A DNA stretch of 64,000 bases from Paramoeba atlantica (Eukaryota; Protista; Discosea). Shown in pieces: positions 1 to 12,700 of the stretch. Numbering within the stretch: the stretch's first letter is position 1; each line of letters begins with the position of its first letter. A model generated the notes under the pieces. That model did not search any database and was not told the origin of the DNA. It saw nothing but the letters and a program-made list of their open reading frames with translations. The stretch lies in assembly GCA_977017575.1 (NCBI GenBank), contig CDRNVI010000142.1:1-64000 (forward strand). Direction: 5' to 3'. A program made the translations under genes and the position numbers.

Positions 1-550
1 CCTAAACCCTAAACCCTAAACCCTAAACCCTAAACCCTAAACCCTAAACCCTAAACCCTAAACCCTAAACCCTAAACCCTAAACCCTAAACCCTAAACCC
101 TAAACCCTAAACCCTAAACCCTAAACCCTAAACCCTAAACCCTAAACCCTAAACCCTAAACCCTAAACCCTAAACCCTAAACCCTAAACCCTAAACCCTA
201 AACCCTAAACCCTAAACCCTAAACCCTAAACCCTAAACCCTAAACCCTAAACCCTAAACCCTAAACCCTAAACCCTAAACCCTAAACCCTAAACCCTAAA
301 CCCTAAACCCTAAACCCTAAACCCTAAACCCTAAACCCTAAACCCTAAACCCTAAACCCTAAACCCTAAACCCTAAACCCTAAACCCTAAACCCTAAACC
401 CTAAACCCTAAACCCTAAACCCTAAACCCTAAACCCTAAACCCTAAACCCTAAACCCTAAACCCTAAACCCTAAACCCTAAACCCTAAACCCTAAACCCT
501 AAACCCTAAACCCTAAACCCTAAACCCTAAACCCTAAACCCTAAACCCTA
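1..550 (-). repeat. Terminal telomere (TTTAGGG)n, read as (CCCTAAA)n on +
   Basis: Uninterrupted CCCTAAA array from base 1 to 550, then an abrupt switch to unique AT-rich sequence. Confidence 0.99.
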
Positions 551-1644
551 TATGTAAATTTCCTTATTTAGTCAATTTTTTCGTATCAATTAAAAAGCTC
601 CAAATGATGAAAAATAAATGATAGAAGATAAATCCTATTCAATAAAGGTTTTTTTAAACATATTATTAACCTTAAATCATTTTTTTGATTTCTGACATGA
701 TTTTATTAACACATTACAAAAAGTATTTTCTCAAAAGTATGCTCACATAAAAGGTCTATAAAAATCTCTCAATATCAAAAAATGAAAAATAAAAATAATA
801 GAGTAGTGTAAAAACATCAAATGAATCTTAAAATAAAGAAAATCAATTTGAGATTTATTTATTTTGTTTTTATGTAGGGAGCAATAATATTATTTGTTAT
901 AATAGGGAAACAGAGCCAAAAGTCCCAAAAGTATGTTTACAAAAGGATGCTGTAAAAATCTCTCAATATTAAAAAATGAAAAATAAAAATAATAAGGTAG
1001 TGTAAAAACATGAAGTTAATCTATTTTTAAAGAAAACTTTGAAAAATTTTATATATTACCCTCTTATGTAGGTACCAATTCATTGATGTTTTTTTATATG
1101 TAAAATACATAGAAAAAATACTCATATTTTTGGACTCTATAAAAATCTCTCAAAATGAAAAAATGAGAAATGAAAGTAATAGAGTAGTGTAAAAACATGA
1201 AATTAATCTATGTTTAAGGAAAACTATGAAAAATTTTATATATGACCTGATAATGTAGGGAGGAGACTAAAATTATATGTTTGTATGTAAAAATCATATA
1301 AATGTTTTCTCAATTATTTTTGTTCTATGAGACAAAATCAAAAATCTGGCTGGTCCAAGTTTTAGAAAATAGTTTTTTTTATTATGTTATCAAAAAAAAT
1401 GAGTCCCAGCTCACTTGTTTCCTCAATATGTAGGGTGCCACTTTAAAGTCCTATCATTATATGTGAATTTCATACATAAGACCTCTTCGTAAACTGCCTA
1501 TAACTTTTTGTGACATATTCGGATTTTAAAAAAAAATATGTCATTAGGAAGACAAAAATGAAGCGCATCTTTCTACCAGTCTCGATTTTCCGAATTGTGA
1601 AAAAAAGTGATTCAAAACGAAGTAATTAGGCCCTAAACCCTAAT
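551..1644. repeat. Telomere-adjacent AT-rich block, duplicate of 45452-46545; contains about 190-bp internal repeats and ends in CCCTAAACCCTAAT
   Basis: TATGTAAATTTCCTTATTTAGTC starts at 551 and 45452; the copies are collinear up to CCCTAAACCCTAAT (1631-1644 and 46532-46545), both 1094 bp. The motif CTATAAAAATCTCTCAA...GTAGTGTAAAAACAT recurs near 757, 951 and 1137. Confidence 0.95.
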
Positions 1645-2177
1645 TAGATTCTTTGGGAGAGGAACCTTCTTGTTCGGTTCAGGCTTGCTGATGATAGTCG
1701 AGAGGTCGAGGTTGCCAAAGTTCAAGTTTGATTGAGGCCGTTGCTGAGTTGCATTCTCATTCACAGCTGTTTGACCAAGGGTGGTTGGACCCAAGACAGT
1801 TTCATCAGTGTTTGTGTTACGGTCCATAAGTTCGAAACGGCGTCGCCAAGTGTGCAGATTAAGTTCTACAGGGGTTGCAAGAGAAAAGGGAAAGCACAAG
1901 TTTTTGTCAGGAAAGTTAAAAGTGGTTTACTAAGGAGGTTAAAGGTCAGGTGTGACGAAAGGAAAGGTCCGTGGAGAATTCTTTCAGGCGTGACCGTTCT
2001 GGGAAGCGGTTACTGGATCAATAAAGGTGTCCGAAGACAATTTGAGGAATATCTTCTTTAGCGTTCTAGTTTAGCGCGTTATTTTCTTTTTCGCGTTTCT
2101 TGTTTTGTTGCGGGAGTTTGGTTGTTTGTTCGTTCGTTTAGTTTTGTTCAGAAGCAGCTGTGCATTAGTTCAGTTGG
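1645..2177. other. CpG-rich unique fragment abutting the interstitial telomere motif; possible truncated retroelement end
   Basis: Many intact CpGs, unlike its flanks. The minus ORF 1633-1899 (MDRNTNTDETV...) stops inside the telomere motif; there is also a plus ORF at 1732-2061. Orientation is unresolved. Confidence 0.35.
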
Positions 2178-2603
2178 TTTTTTTTTTTTTTTTTTTTGAA
2201 ACAGACTTTATTCAATTAGTAGTTCTTAATCTAAGCCATTTGAATTACATTAAATTATATTTGTTTTTAACCTTTAACGAGAGGTGAAGTTTTAAACTTC
2301 AGCTTAGTTTAGTTGGTCTTTATGCTGAACTTTAGAACTTCTGCAAGTTCAGGCTGGAGGATGTACATCAGAAGGGAGAATAATCCAAAGCTCCTTCCAA
2401 GAGAATTTATCCTCAACTTTTTAGTAAACAGGGCTGAGATGTAACCTGTTCCAATTTTCACACTTTTTCAAGAGCTCCTCACTCTAATCAAATCACTCTA
2501 CAGCACCAGAAAAATTTTCTATAATATCGAAAAACTGAGATTTGAACTCGCCCCCCTAGGGTTGGACATAGTCGAATTTATGACTAAACTATGGGCGCCA
2601 ACC
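2178..2603 (-). mobile_element. tRNA-like SINE, full-length copy with poly(A) tail
   Basis: Collinear with 51333-51755; T20 tract at 2178-2197; head GGTTGGCGCC followed by A-box-like TAGTTTAGTC and B-box-like AGTTCAAATC on minus. Confidence 0.85.
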
Positions 2604-2733
2604 TGATAAGAATTTATTTCAAAAACCTAAACAGAAGAGATGGAAGTTGCACCATCATCAGAATGGCAAATCTGATTGATCCACCAGACACCCCGACCCT
2701 AACCTTGATTGTGACTAAACTGCAGACACCAAC
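2604..2733 (-). mobile_element. Short element sharing the SINE head but with a different body
   Basis: Minus strand begins GGTTGGTGTCTGCAGTTTAGTCAC (2733-2711), matching the SINE head, then diverges; AATAAA near its end. Confidence 0.45.
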
Positions 2734-2734
2734 C

Positions 2735-3038
2735 CAGCTTAGTTCAGTTGGTCTTTATGTTGAACTTTAGAACTTCTGTAAGTTCAGGCTAAAGGATGCA
2801 CATCAGAAGGAAAAATAATCCAAAGCTTCTTCTAAGGGAATTTATCCTCAACTTTTTAGCAGACAGGGCTGAGATGTAACTTGTTCTGATTTTTACACTT
2901 CTTCAAGAGCTTTTTACTCTAATCAAATCACTCTACAGCACCAGAAAAATTTTCTATAATATCAAAAAACTGGAATTTGAACTCACCCCCCTGAAGTTGG
3001 ACATAGTTAAATTTACAACTAAACTACAGGCACCAACT
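2735..3038 (-). mobile_element. SINE copy lacking its 3' end, heavily C>T/G>A mutated
   Basis: Aligns to about 51450-51753; every difference I compared was C>T or G>A relative to that copy. Confidence 0.85.
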
Positions 3039-4459
3039 TGTGTTAGAAATATGTTGAATGGATAACTGAAGAGCAGTTCTCAAAAGTTTCACAAAAAGAT
3101 GAGAAACTTTCTAATAACATCATCAATGGTGTTTTTTATTTAGATTCATAGAAGATTAACTTGGAGGAGACCAAGGGTTGACTTGAAGGAGATTGGGAAT
3201 TGACTTGGAGAAGATCAAGAGTCAGATCAAACAAATAGAGTAGAGAGCCAAATGTTTTCAGAGTAGCACACATTGCTCATGTGCAATACTAAACTCTTAT
3301 TTGTTTTTACAAGTTCTCATACAGTTGAAAAACAAAAATGATCAAATAATAAAAATGAAGAAGGAGAGAGAGAGAGTAGAATAACTCTTCTTAGATGGCT
3401 CTGAAAAACAAACAGGAGGAAACAATAACATCAAAAGAGGAAAAGGGTTTTTTGGTGATAATGTCCATAAAGAAGAAAAGAAAGAATCATGGAGAATTGG
3501 TTGACAGAGCAAGAATTCCATTTTTAATCTCCTTCTTTTCTTTTTTTGTAATTGAATTCATTTTTTTCTTTTGAGATTGAATCTAGCAAGCATTTTGAAA
3601 AAAGAATCAAAAATTTGAAAGAAAGGAAACCAAAAAAATTAACAATTTTCATCTTGAATTCTTTTCAAATTACTTTTTTTCTTTTTTTTTATTAGAAAAA
3701 TATAGCCAAAACAATTTAGTTTTAAGTTCTTTGTTTTTTTTTCTTTTTTTTTCTTTTTGTTTTTTGTTTTTTTCTCAAATGTTTAAACAAATTGCTCACT
3801 CTGTTTGGACCTGAACTCCTTCTTGAAGATTCTTTCAACAAAGATTTTTGCTTGATTGAAGAATTTTGGCTCTCAATTGCTTGTAGGACAATTCTTCATC
3901 ATGACAAAAAAGATATTGGGCTTTTTCTTTTATTTAGGATTTGGATGGGAAAATACACCAAGTTTTGATGTCAGGTTGTGAGAGTATTTCAACTCTCAAA
4001 GATGCTTCTTGATTTGATATTGTTTTGTTGTTTCCTCTACATTTTCCTGATTAGGGAGTGTTTTGTTTTGCCCAAATTTGTGTTTTGTCATGAATTTGGT
4101 TTGTATTGCTTTTGTTGTACTTTGAGCAGAAGTTGTAGATATCATAATAAATTTAGGAGATTTAAACCAATTCGTTTCTTTGTTCTGTTTGTATTAGTAG
4201 TAGAAATGCACCATTCTATACTTTTGAGCTAACCAAGTTGAATTCCATTTGGAAATCCAGTCTTTGAAAAATGAAAATGGATTTTAAATTATGGGTACTT
4301 GGTTTGTAAATCTGAAAACTGAAAAAAAAACATAAAATTACCACCTTAACAACCATCAAAAAGTTGCTTTTTACACCTTTAAACACTGAATTGCTACTAA
4401 AAAAAATGGGTCTGAACTTTATTTTTAAAATTTGTATTTTCTCAAAAATCAGATGTGGT

Positions 4460-5527
4460 GAAAGAATAAAATCCTTTTTTAGCCTCTAAGGACTCAAACC
4501 AAAAAAGAAACTAAAAAAAAGGAAAGTTTTAAATTTAAAGGTTTTCAAGTGTTTTATAACAGTTCAAGACATACAAACCCTCATCTGGGGGATGTGGGCT
4601 TTACAGTTTTCAAAAAAGAGAAAGAAATATGTAGTGAGTTTGAAACCATTCCTTTTAGATTCAACAATATTGGTGAATTTACAGGCTGCTTGAAAGGAAT
4701 GCAATGTGTCAGATCAATGACAAATAAGATTGAAGTTATTGGAGATTGTATGATTCTTACCAAGACTGTGCCCAAAACCCATACCACCAAAAACTATGCT
4801 TTGAATAAATTACTTTGTGAAATCTATAAGTTAGCAATGTGCTTTGATGAGATAGAATTCACTTATATACTCTGAAAACTTAACAAGTGAGTTGATGCAA
4901 TTGCAATTACTGCAAGTTGGTCTAAAAAAGATGGAACTTGTACTGTGATTGACCATCATTGGAATCCAAGATCACAACATGTTGCAGAACCCAGTGAAGA
5001 ATGGATTATTCTTAATTCAACCTTGTGGAACTGAATCAATTCCCCCCTCACTCATGACTAGACTTTCTCCATCCCCCCAGAAAATTTTGTAAGGAAATTC
5101 CAAGGGAACACAATAACAACCCCCCATGTCTTATTTCCAATCCAAACTGCTCTTGAGAATGCTTTAATCCTCCCTGTAATAATTACTAAGGATATCCAAG
5201 GATGGTTCCATCAGTCCCAAAAAAGCAACCTTATGAGGAACTTTATTGAAGAAGATTTTCAAAGGAATGTAATTAACTTTATTGAAAACTCCAAATTGAA
5301 TTCACTCCCTGCTTTTAGAAGGCAGACAATCAAACATAGACCTCTTAATGAGAACTAAAGTTGGTGAAGAAATTCCAATGCATTCCATGCTGAAAAGATT
5401 ATTGAATCTGACTTTTAATTTATCTTCCCTTTCCCTCCTTTTTTCTTCTCCCCTCTTTTCCATCCTAGAGATGGTTTTTTAACTTCAATAAATGACACCT
5501 GGTGTTTGAACTTAAAAAAAAAAAAAA
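4460..5527 (+). pseudogene. 5'-truncated, decayed copy of the L1-like LINE (RNase H, C-terminal extension, 3' UTR, poly(A))
   Basis: Translates to a mutated FQVFYDGS...NNIGEFTGCLKG RNase H segment of ORF2. The 3' UTR CATCCTAGAGATGG...GGTGTTTGAAC and A14 tail (5514-5527) match 33596-33660 in reverse. Confidence 0.95.
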
Positions 5528-5589
5528 TTCATTTGTACAACTAATTGGAAATTGAATTTTGTCACTTTTTTTGAGTTTTATGTTCTTTC

Positions 5590-6050
5590 TTGTTGAATAA
5601 ATATTAAAAAAGAGAAAGAAAGAGAGAAAAGAAAAAAAAAAAAAAAAGAAAAAGAAAGAAAAAGAAAGAAAAAAAGAAAAAAGAGAGAAAAGAAAGAAAA
5701 AGAAAAAAGAAAAAAGAAAGAAAAAACAAAGGAAAGAAAAGAAAAAACAAAAAGAAAAAAAGAGAAAAGAAAGAAAAAGAAAGAAAAAGAAAAAAGAAAG
5801 AAAAAGAGAGAAAAGAAAGAAAAAGAGAAAGAAAGAGAAAGAAAGAAAAAAAAAAAAAGAGGAAGGAAAGAAAAAGAAAAGAAAAGAAAAAACAAAGAAA
5901 AAGAAACAAAAGAAAGGAAAGAAAAAACAGAGAAAAAGAGAAAAAGAAAAAGAAAAAGAAAGAAAAAGAAACAAAGAAAAAGAAAGAAAAAGAAAGAAAA
6001 AGAAAAAGAAAGAAAAAGAAAGAAAAAGAAAAAACAAAGAAAGAGAAGAC
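5590..6050. repeat. Polypurine (AAAG/AAAAAG-type) low-complexity tract
   Basis: Nearly pure A/G over about 450 bp; this explains the F/S/L-rich ORFs. Confidence 0.95.
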
Positions 6051-6190
6051 ACACCTCCAAACTAGTTTTTTGGTTAAGAGCTTCAAGTCCATCAAAGAGG
6101 AAACTGAAAAAAAGAAAAGAGAGACTTTTTTTTTCCCTTCAAGGGACAAACAAAACAAACTTTTTTTGGTAGCAAAAAAAAAGCGCCAAA

Positions 6191-6425
6191 GGTACAAATG
6201 AAACATGATAGGTAGAAATAAAACATCCATAGGTACAAATGAAACATCTATAGGTACAAATGAAACATTCATAGGTACAAATGAAACATGATAGGTATAA
6301 ATGAAACATGATAGGTACAAATAAAACATGATAGGTAGAAATGAAACATTCATAGGTACAAATGAAACATGGTAGGTACAAATGAAACATGATAGGTAGA
6401 AATAAAATATTCATAGGTAGAAATG
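6191..6425. repeat. Minisatellite, 20-21 bp unit GGTACAAATGAAACATGATA, about 11-12 copies
   Basis: Tandem units are directly visible. Confidence 0.95.
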
Positions 6426-6739
6426 TAGTTCTCTCAAAAAAAAAAAATGAAAAATGAAAAATGAAAAATACTTTATATTGAGATCAGTCATTTTGTCATT
6501 GAGATTAAAAGAAAAAAAAAGAATTAGAAAAAAGAATTTCTTTTCTTAAAGAAAGAAAAAAAGAAAAAAGAAAAAAGAAAAAGAAAAAGAAAAGAAAAAG
6601 AAAAGAAAAGAAAAGAAAAGAAAAGAAAAGAAAAGAAAAACTCAAATAATATCAAGAGTACAATTAAGAAGAATTCCCTCTTCTTTTACATCACTCACAC
6701 AAGTTCAATCCTTACTTGCACTCCTTGAAGTTTGTTCAC

Positions 6740-9700
6740 TCTGTTCATTTAAATCAGAAAGAAAAAAAGAAAAAGAAAGGAGAAAAGAAAAGAAAAAAGA
6801 AATAAAAAAAAGAAAGAGAAAGAAAGAGAGAAAAGAAGAGAAAGAGAAAGGGACCAATATAAACAGAAAAAAGAGATTGATCTATCACTCCAATTGTTGT
6901 TGGTCTGTACATTTTATGAGAGAGAGAAGAGAAAGAGAGAGAGAAAAAGAAAAGTGGAGAGACAAGATTGGTACATAAGTTCCTTCTGTTGACTTTAATT
7001 GATCTCTGTTTTCTTTCCTTTCATTTTGAGAGAGAGAGAGAGAGAGAAGAAAAAAAAAAAAAGAGAAAAACAAAGATAAGGAAAGAAAAAATTACCAATA
7101 GGTTTGGGAAAGTTCTTCAACTTCCAAATACTTTCTAAGCTTTTTTCAATATATTTTTCACCTCTCTTAAATCAAAAAATTAAAAGAAAAGATGAAGAAA
7201 GAGAGAGAAAGACAAACAGAAAAGAAGAGAAAGGAAAGAAAAAAGAAAGAAAAGACAAACCAACTAATTGCACAATAACTGAGTTTAACACAAGTCATAA
7301 CGACAGGGTGATTAATCCCACAAAAAATTGCTTTTGCTTCAAAGAAATTTTTTCAATTGAAACAAACCTTTGAGAAAGAGAAGAGGGAAAGAGAGAGAAG
7401 AGAAATAAATTTAAATCAAATGATTCAAGGAAGACAAAAATGAGTAGAAAAAAAGAAGAAAAAATGGAAAAAAAATAAATGGAGCAACAAAACTTCAACA
7501 AGCCCAATTAACTGTTCCAACAAATTCGCTCTCTATTCGATAGAAGTTCAGAAAAATAAAAAGAGAGAAAAGAGAAAAAGAAAGAGAAAGAAAGAGAGAA
7601 GAGAGAAAAAAGAGAAGAGAGAAAAGAGAGAAAAGAGAAACCAGAGTAACAGTCTGTTGACAGAGAATTTCAAAGGCAATAGATATTGAAAGATCATTCA
7701 AATGAATTGTTATATTCTCAATATCTTTATCCTATTTTATTTTTTATTAGAGAGAGAGAGAAGAGAGAAGAAGAGAGAGAGAGAAGAGAGAAGAAGAGAA
7801 AGAAACCTTCTCTTTCATTAACCAACTTACAAGTTGGCAAGGAGAAATAAAAGACAACATCTCTAAATAAACAACATTCATTTGTTCAGCCAACCCTTGA
7901 ATATCCCATTCTTTTTTCTGATAAAAGAGAAGAGAGGAGATAAGGACAAAAAAAAAGAAAAGAAAAGAAAAAAGAAAAAAGAAAAAAAGAAAAAAGAAAA
8001 AAAGAAAAAAGAAAAAAAGAAAAAAAGAAAAAATACAAAGGGAATTATATTCCATTTCAGGTCTGAGAAAAGTAAAGTCAATAAAAATAATAATAAGAGG
8101 AACAAAAACAGAAAAGAGAGAGGAGAGAGAAAAGAAAAAGAAGAGAAAGAGAAAGAGAAAGAGAAAGAGAAAGAGAGAAAAAAAAAAGAGAAAAGAAAGA
8201 GAAAAGAGAAAGAGAAAGAGAAAGAGACCAATCAGGACTTTTCTATTTGGATTTGAAGAAAAAAGATTGCTCTATCGCCCTAATTATTGTTGGTCTGTAC
8301 ATTTTATGAGAGAGAGAAGAGAAAATAGAAAGAAAAGAAAGAAAGAAAAGAGAGAAAGAAAAGAGAAAACATACAAAGAGTAAGAAGGATCATAAGAAAA
8401 ATGAGGAGTTACAAATGTTGATTTTTGAGAAGAATAAAAAGAGAGAAAAGAGAGAGAAAGAAAGAGAGAGAAAGAAAAAGAGAAGAGAGAAGAGAGAGAA
8501 GAGAGAAAAGAGAGAAAAGAGAAACCAGAGTAACAGTCTGTTGACAAAGAATTTCAGAGGCAATAGATATTGAAAGATCATTCAAATGAATTGTTATATT
8601 CTCAATATCTTTATCCTATTTTATTTTTTATTAGAGAGAGAGAGAAGAAGAGAGAAGAAGAGAGAGAAGAAGAGAGAGAAACCTTCTCTTTTGTTAACCA
8701 ACTCACAAGTTGACAAGGAGAAATAAGAGACAACATCTTTGAATAAACAACATTCATTTGTTCAACCAACCCTTAAACAATCCATTCTTTTTTCTTGATA
8801 AAAGAGAAGAGAGGAGATAAGAACAAAAAAGAAAGAAAAGAAAAGAAAAAAGAAAAAAGAGAAAAAGAAAAAAAGAAAAAAAGAAAAAAAGAAAAAATAC
8901 AAAATACAAAAGGGAATTATGTTCCATTTTGGGTCTGAGAAAAGTAAAATCAATAAAAATAATAATAAGAGGAACAAAAACAGAAAGGAGAAAGGAGAGA
9001 GAAAAGAAAAAGAAGAGAAAGAGAAGAGAAAAGAAAAAGAAGAGAAAGAGAAGAGAAAAAGAGAAAAAAAAAAAAAGAGAAAAGAAAGAGAAAAGAGAAA
9101 GAGAAAGAGAAAGAGACCAATAGAGATTTTTCTGTTTGGATTTGAGGGAAAAAAGATTGCTCTATCACCTCAATTATTGTTGGTCTCTACATTTTATGAG
9201 AAAGAAAAGAGAAAGAAAAGAAAAGAAAGAAAGAAAAGAAAGAAAGAAAAGAGAAAGAAAGAAAAAAGAGAAAGAAGAAGAGAAACAAATAAGGGAAAGA
9301 ATTAGAATAAATTGAGAGTAATTTTGCTCTCTTTTTCTTCCTTCCTTCTCTTTCTCTCTTTCTCTCTCTTTTCTCTCTCTTTTCTCTCTCTTTTCTCTCT
9401 CTTTTCTTTTCTTTCTTTCTCTTTCTTTCTCTTTTGTTTTTTTTCTCTTTTCTTTCTCTCTCTCCTTTTCTTTCTCTTTTTTTCCTTCTCTTTGAGAGAG
9501 AGAGAAGAAAAAAAGAAAAGAGAAAAACAAAGATAAAGAAAAGAAAAAATTACCAATAGGTTTGGGAAAGTTCTTCAACTTCCAAATACTTTCTAAGCTT
9601 TTTTCAATATATTTTTCACCTCTCTTAAATCAAAAAATTAAAAGAAAAGATGAAGAAAGAGAGAGAAAGACAAACAGAAAAGAAGAGAAAGGAAAGAAAA

Positions 9701-12700
9701 AAGAAAGAAAAGACAAACCAACTAATTGCACAATAACTGAGTTTAACACAAGTCATAACGGCAGGGTGATTAATCCCACAAAAAATTGCTTTTGCTTCAA
9801 AGAAATTTTTTCAATTGAAACAAACCTTTGAGAAAGAGAAGAGAGAAAAAGAGAGAAGAGAAATAAATTTAAATCAATTGATTAAAGAAAGACAAAAATG
9901 AGTAGAAAAAAAGAAGAAAAAATGAGGAAAAAAAATAAATGGAGCAACAAAACTTCAACAAGCCCAATTAACTGTTCCAACAAATTTGCTCTCTATTCAA
10001 TAGAAGTTCAGAAAAGTAAAAAGAGAGAAAAGAGAGAGAAAGAAAGAAAGAGAGAAGAGAGAAGAGAAGAGAGAAGAGAGAGAAGAGAGAAAAGAGAGAA
10101 AAGAGAGAAGAGAAACCAGAGTAACAGTCTGTTGACAAAAAATTTCAGAAGCAATAAACATTGAAAGATCATTCAAATGAATTGTCATATTCTCAATATC
10201 TTTATACTATTTTATTTTTTATTGAATTTTGAGACTGAAAAAGTGAGAACAATGAGAGAAAAGCACTATTAAAGGAGAATTGCTCCCTTCAGATAAACAA
10301 AAATAATTGAAAAAAACTCAATAATGAGAAAATAATCAATAAAATCAATAAAAAGAATATTATTGAACAAAAATCAATTTTATTGACAAAAAATTCAAAA
10401 AAAATCCTGCTCAAATCAAGGCAATGCGGTTTGAACCTGTTGCCCCCTATGTGGCTGGAAGGTCACCATAACTGTCACAGAATTTTCTGCTGTTGGAGGT
10501 TCATCAAATCCCAGAATGCGAGCAGCATGTTCACCAGCTGTGCGGTCTGAGTCTTCATAATATCCACGAGCAACCTGCTCGCTGGTCCAGCCTCCACATA
10601 CCATCAACTGGTCATTTTATGCTGGTTATTTTCTTCACCAATTTTGCGACATATCCTTTCCCAAGGTGTTGAGCAGCAAATTTTTCTTGGTGTCTATTCC
10701 ATTTCCACCACAAACGAGTACCATCAGGGATTAATTCCAAATGATCAATCATTGTGTTGACTGGAATAAAGCTACCGAGAACAGGGATAACCACCTTTGT
10801 CTTTGACAACACTTTTGATTTTGAACACCTCTCCAGTGTGAAAGAGACACTTCCATTTTTCTTGAATTTCACAAGATTACGGTCGATTTCCACACTTCGG
10901 GCCAATCCAAAGAATGAAAACATTGTCAACAAAGCATCTTGAAGCTCTTCTCCTGTAGTAATTCCACGATTTATATACTGTTTGATCTCATCCACCAAGA
11001 AAACCACCTTCTTTTTTGGCTCATATCCTGCTGTCTCTCCTTTCAACATTCGATTTAATCAATGAGTTTCAGAGAAGTCAATCGCATATTTACACAAAAT
11101 GTAGCGTTTTACGAGAGCACTGGGAAGAACGAACTCAAACTGTATACACAATCTCTGTTCCGATGGGCCAACACAAACAAATACTTTTGGTAAAACTTGA
11201 TCAACAAGTCTTCATTGATGACATAATCCTTTTCTTGTTCGTCATTCTTCTTATAAAATTTCGTCAAAAAGTCTTCGAATCAGCTTGCCACAGTTAAGAA
11301 AGCTTTTCGGGTTGCCTGAGGTCCATTCAACACCATTTGGACAGAATGACGGGTAGAATCAAAGTGAAAAGAGTCCCAATCCTTTGATCAGAGTGACACA
11401 ACAAGTGGGTTTTCCACTCTTCGCGCAGGGTTCATCTCTTGGAAAATGAAAAAACGCCCCACGGTCTTTTCTTTGTCGTCACACAATCGTCCCAAAACAG
11501 ACTCAAACCAATCGAAATACACTATATTTATTGCTCTCATTTTTCCCAGCCTCAAAATTCAATAAAATGTTGTTGCCACTATTTGAAAAGGCATATCTTG
11601 TCTCGGGTGTTTCTAATCAGTCTCGATCAAAAACACCCTTGACAATAAACTGCCTTTTTTCAAACAGTGGCTAAATATCTATTATTAGAGAGAGAAGAGA
11701 GAGAAGAGAGAGAAGAGAGAGAAGAGAGAGAAGAGAGAGAGAAACCTTCTCTTTCATTAACCAACTCACAAGTTAGCAAGGAAAAATAAGACAACATCTC
11801 TGAATAAACAACATTCATTTGTTCAGCCAACTCTTGAACATTCCATTCTTTTTTCTGATAAAAGAGAAGAGAGGAGATAAGGACAAAAAAAAAAAGAAAA
11901 GAAAAGGAAAAAGGAAAGAAAAAAAGAAAAAAAGAAAAAAAGAAAAAAAGAAAAAAAGAAAAAAAGAAAAAAAGAAAAAAAGAAAAAAAGAAAAAATACA
12001 AAATACAAAAGGGAATTATGTTCCATTTCGGGTCTGAGAAAAGTAAAGTCAATAAAAATAATAATAAGAGGAACAAAAACAGAAAAGAGAGAGGGGAGAG
12101 AGAAAAAAAAGAGAAAAGAAAGAGAAAAGAGAAAGAGAAAGAGAAAGAGACCAATAGGGACTTTTCTGTTTGGATTTGAGGAAAAAAGATTGCTCTATTG
12201 CTCCAATTATTGTTGGTCTGTACATTTTATGAGAGAGAGAAGAGAAAGAAAAAAAAAATAGAAAAAAAAGAAAGAAAGAAAAGAAAGAAAGAAAAGAGAA
12301 AACATCCAAAGAGTAAGAAGGATTACAAAAAGAATGAGGAGTCACAAATGTTGATTTTTGAGAAGAAGAAAGGAGAGAGGGAGACCACAGAGAAGGGGAG
12401 AAGAAGAAGAAGAAGAACTTTCTGGTTTCTCTTTTTTTCTTGAGATGAAAAGAAGAGAGAAAGAGAGATAAAAAGAAGAGAAAGGAAGAGAAAGAAGAAC
12501 AGAAACGAAAAAGGGAAAGAATTAGAATGAATTTCAAGTAATTTTACTCTCTTTTTCGTCTTTCCTTCTCTTTCTCTTTCTCTCTTTCTCTCTTTCTCTT
12601 TCCCTCTTTCCCTCTTCTCTTTTTCTTCTCTTTTTCTTGAAAAAAAAATAAATAAATTACCTTGACCATTTACGAGAAGGAGGAGAAGCAAAAAGGAGGG

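Noticed and set aside
6191-6425. CRISPR-like array (also considered for 41590-42030)
   Set aside because: Contiguous tandem units with no unique spacers, eukaryotic context, and no cas genes.
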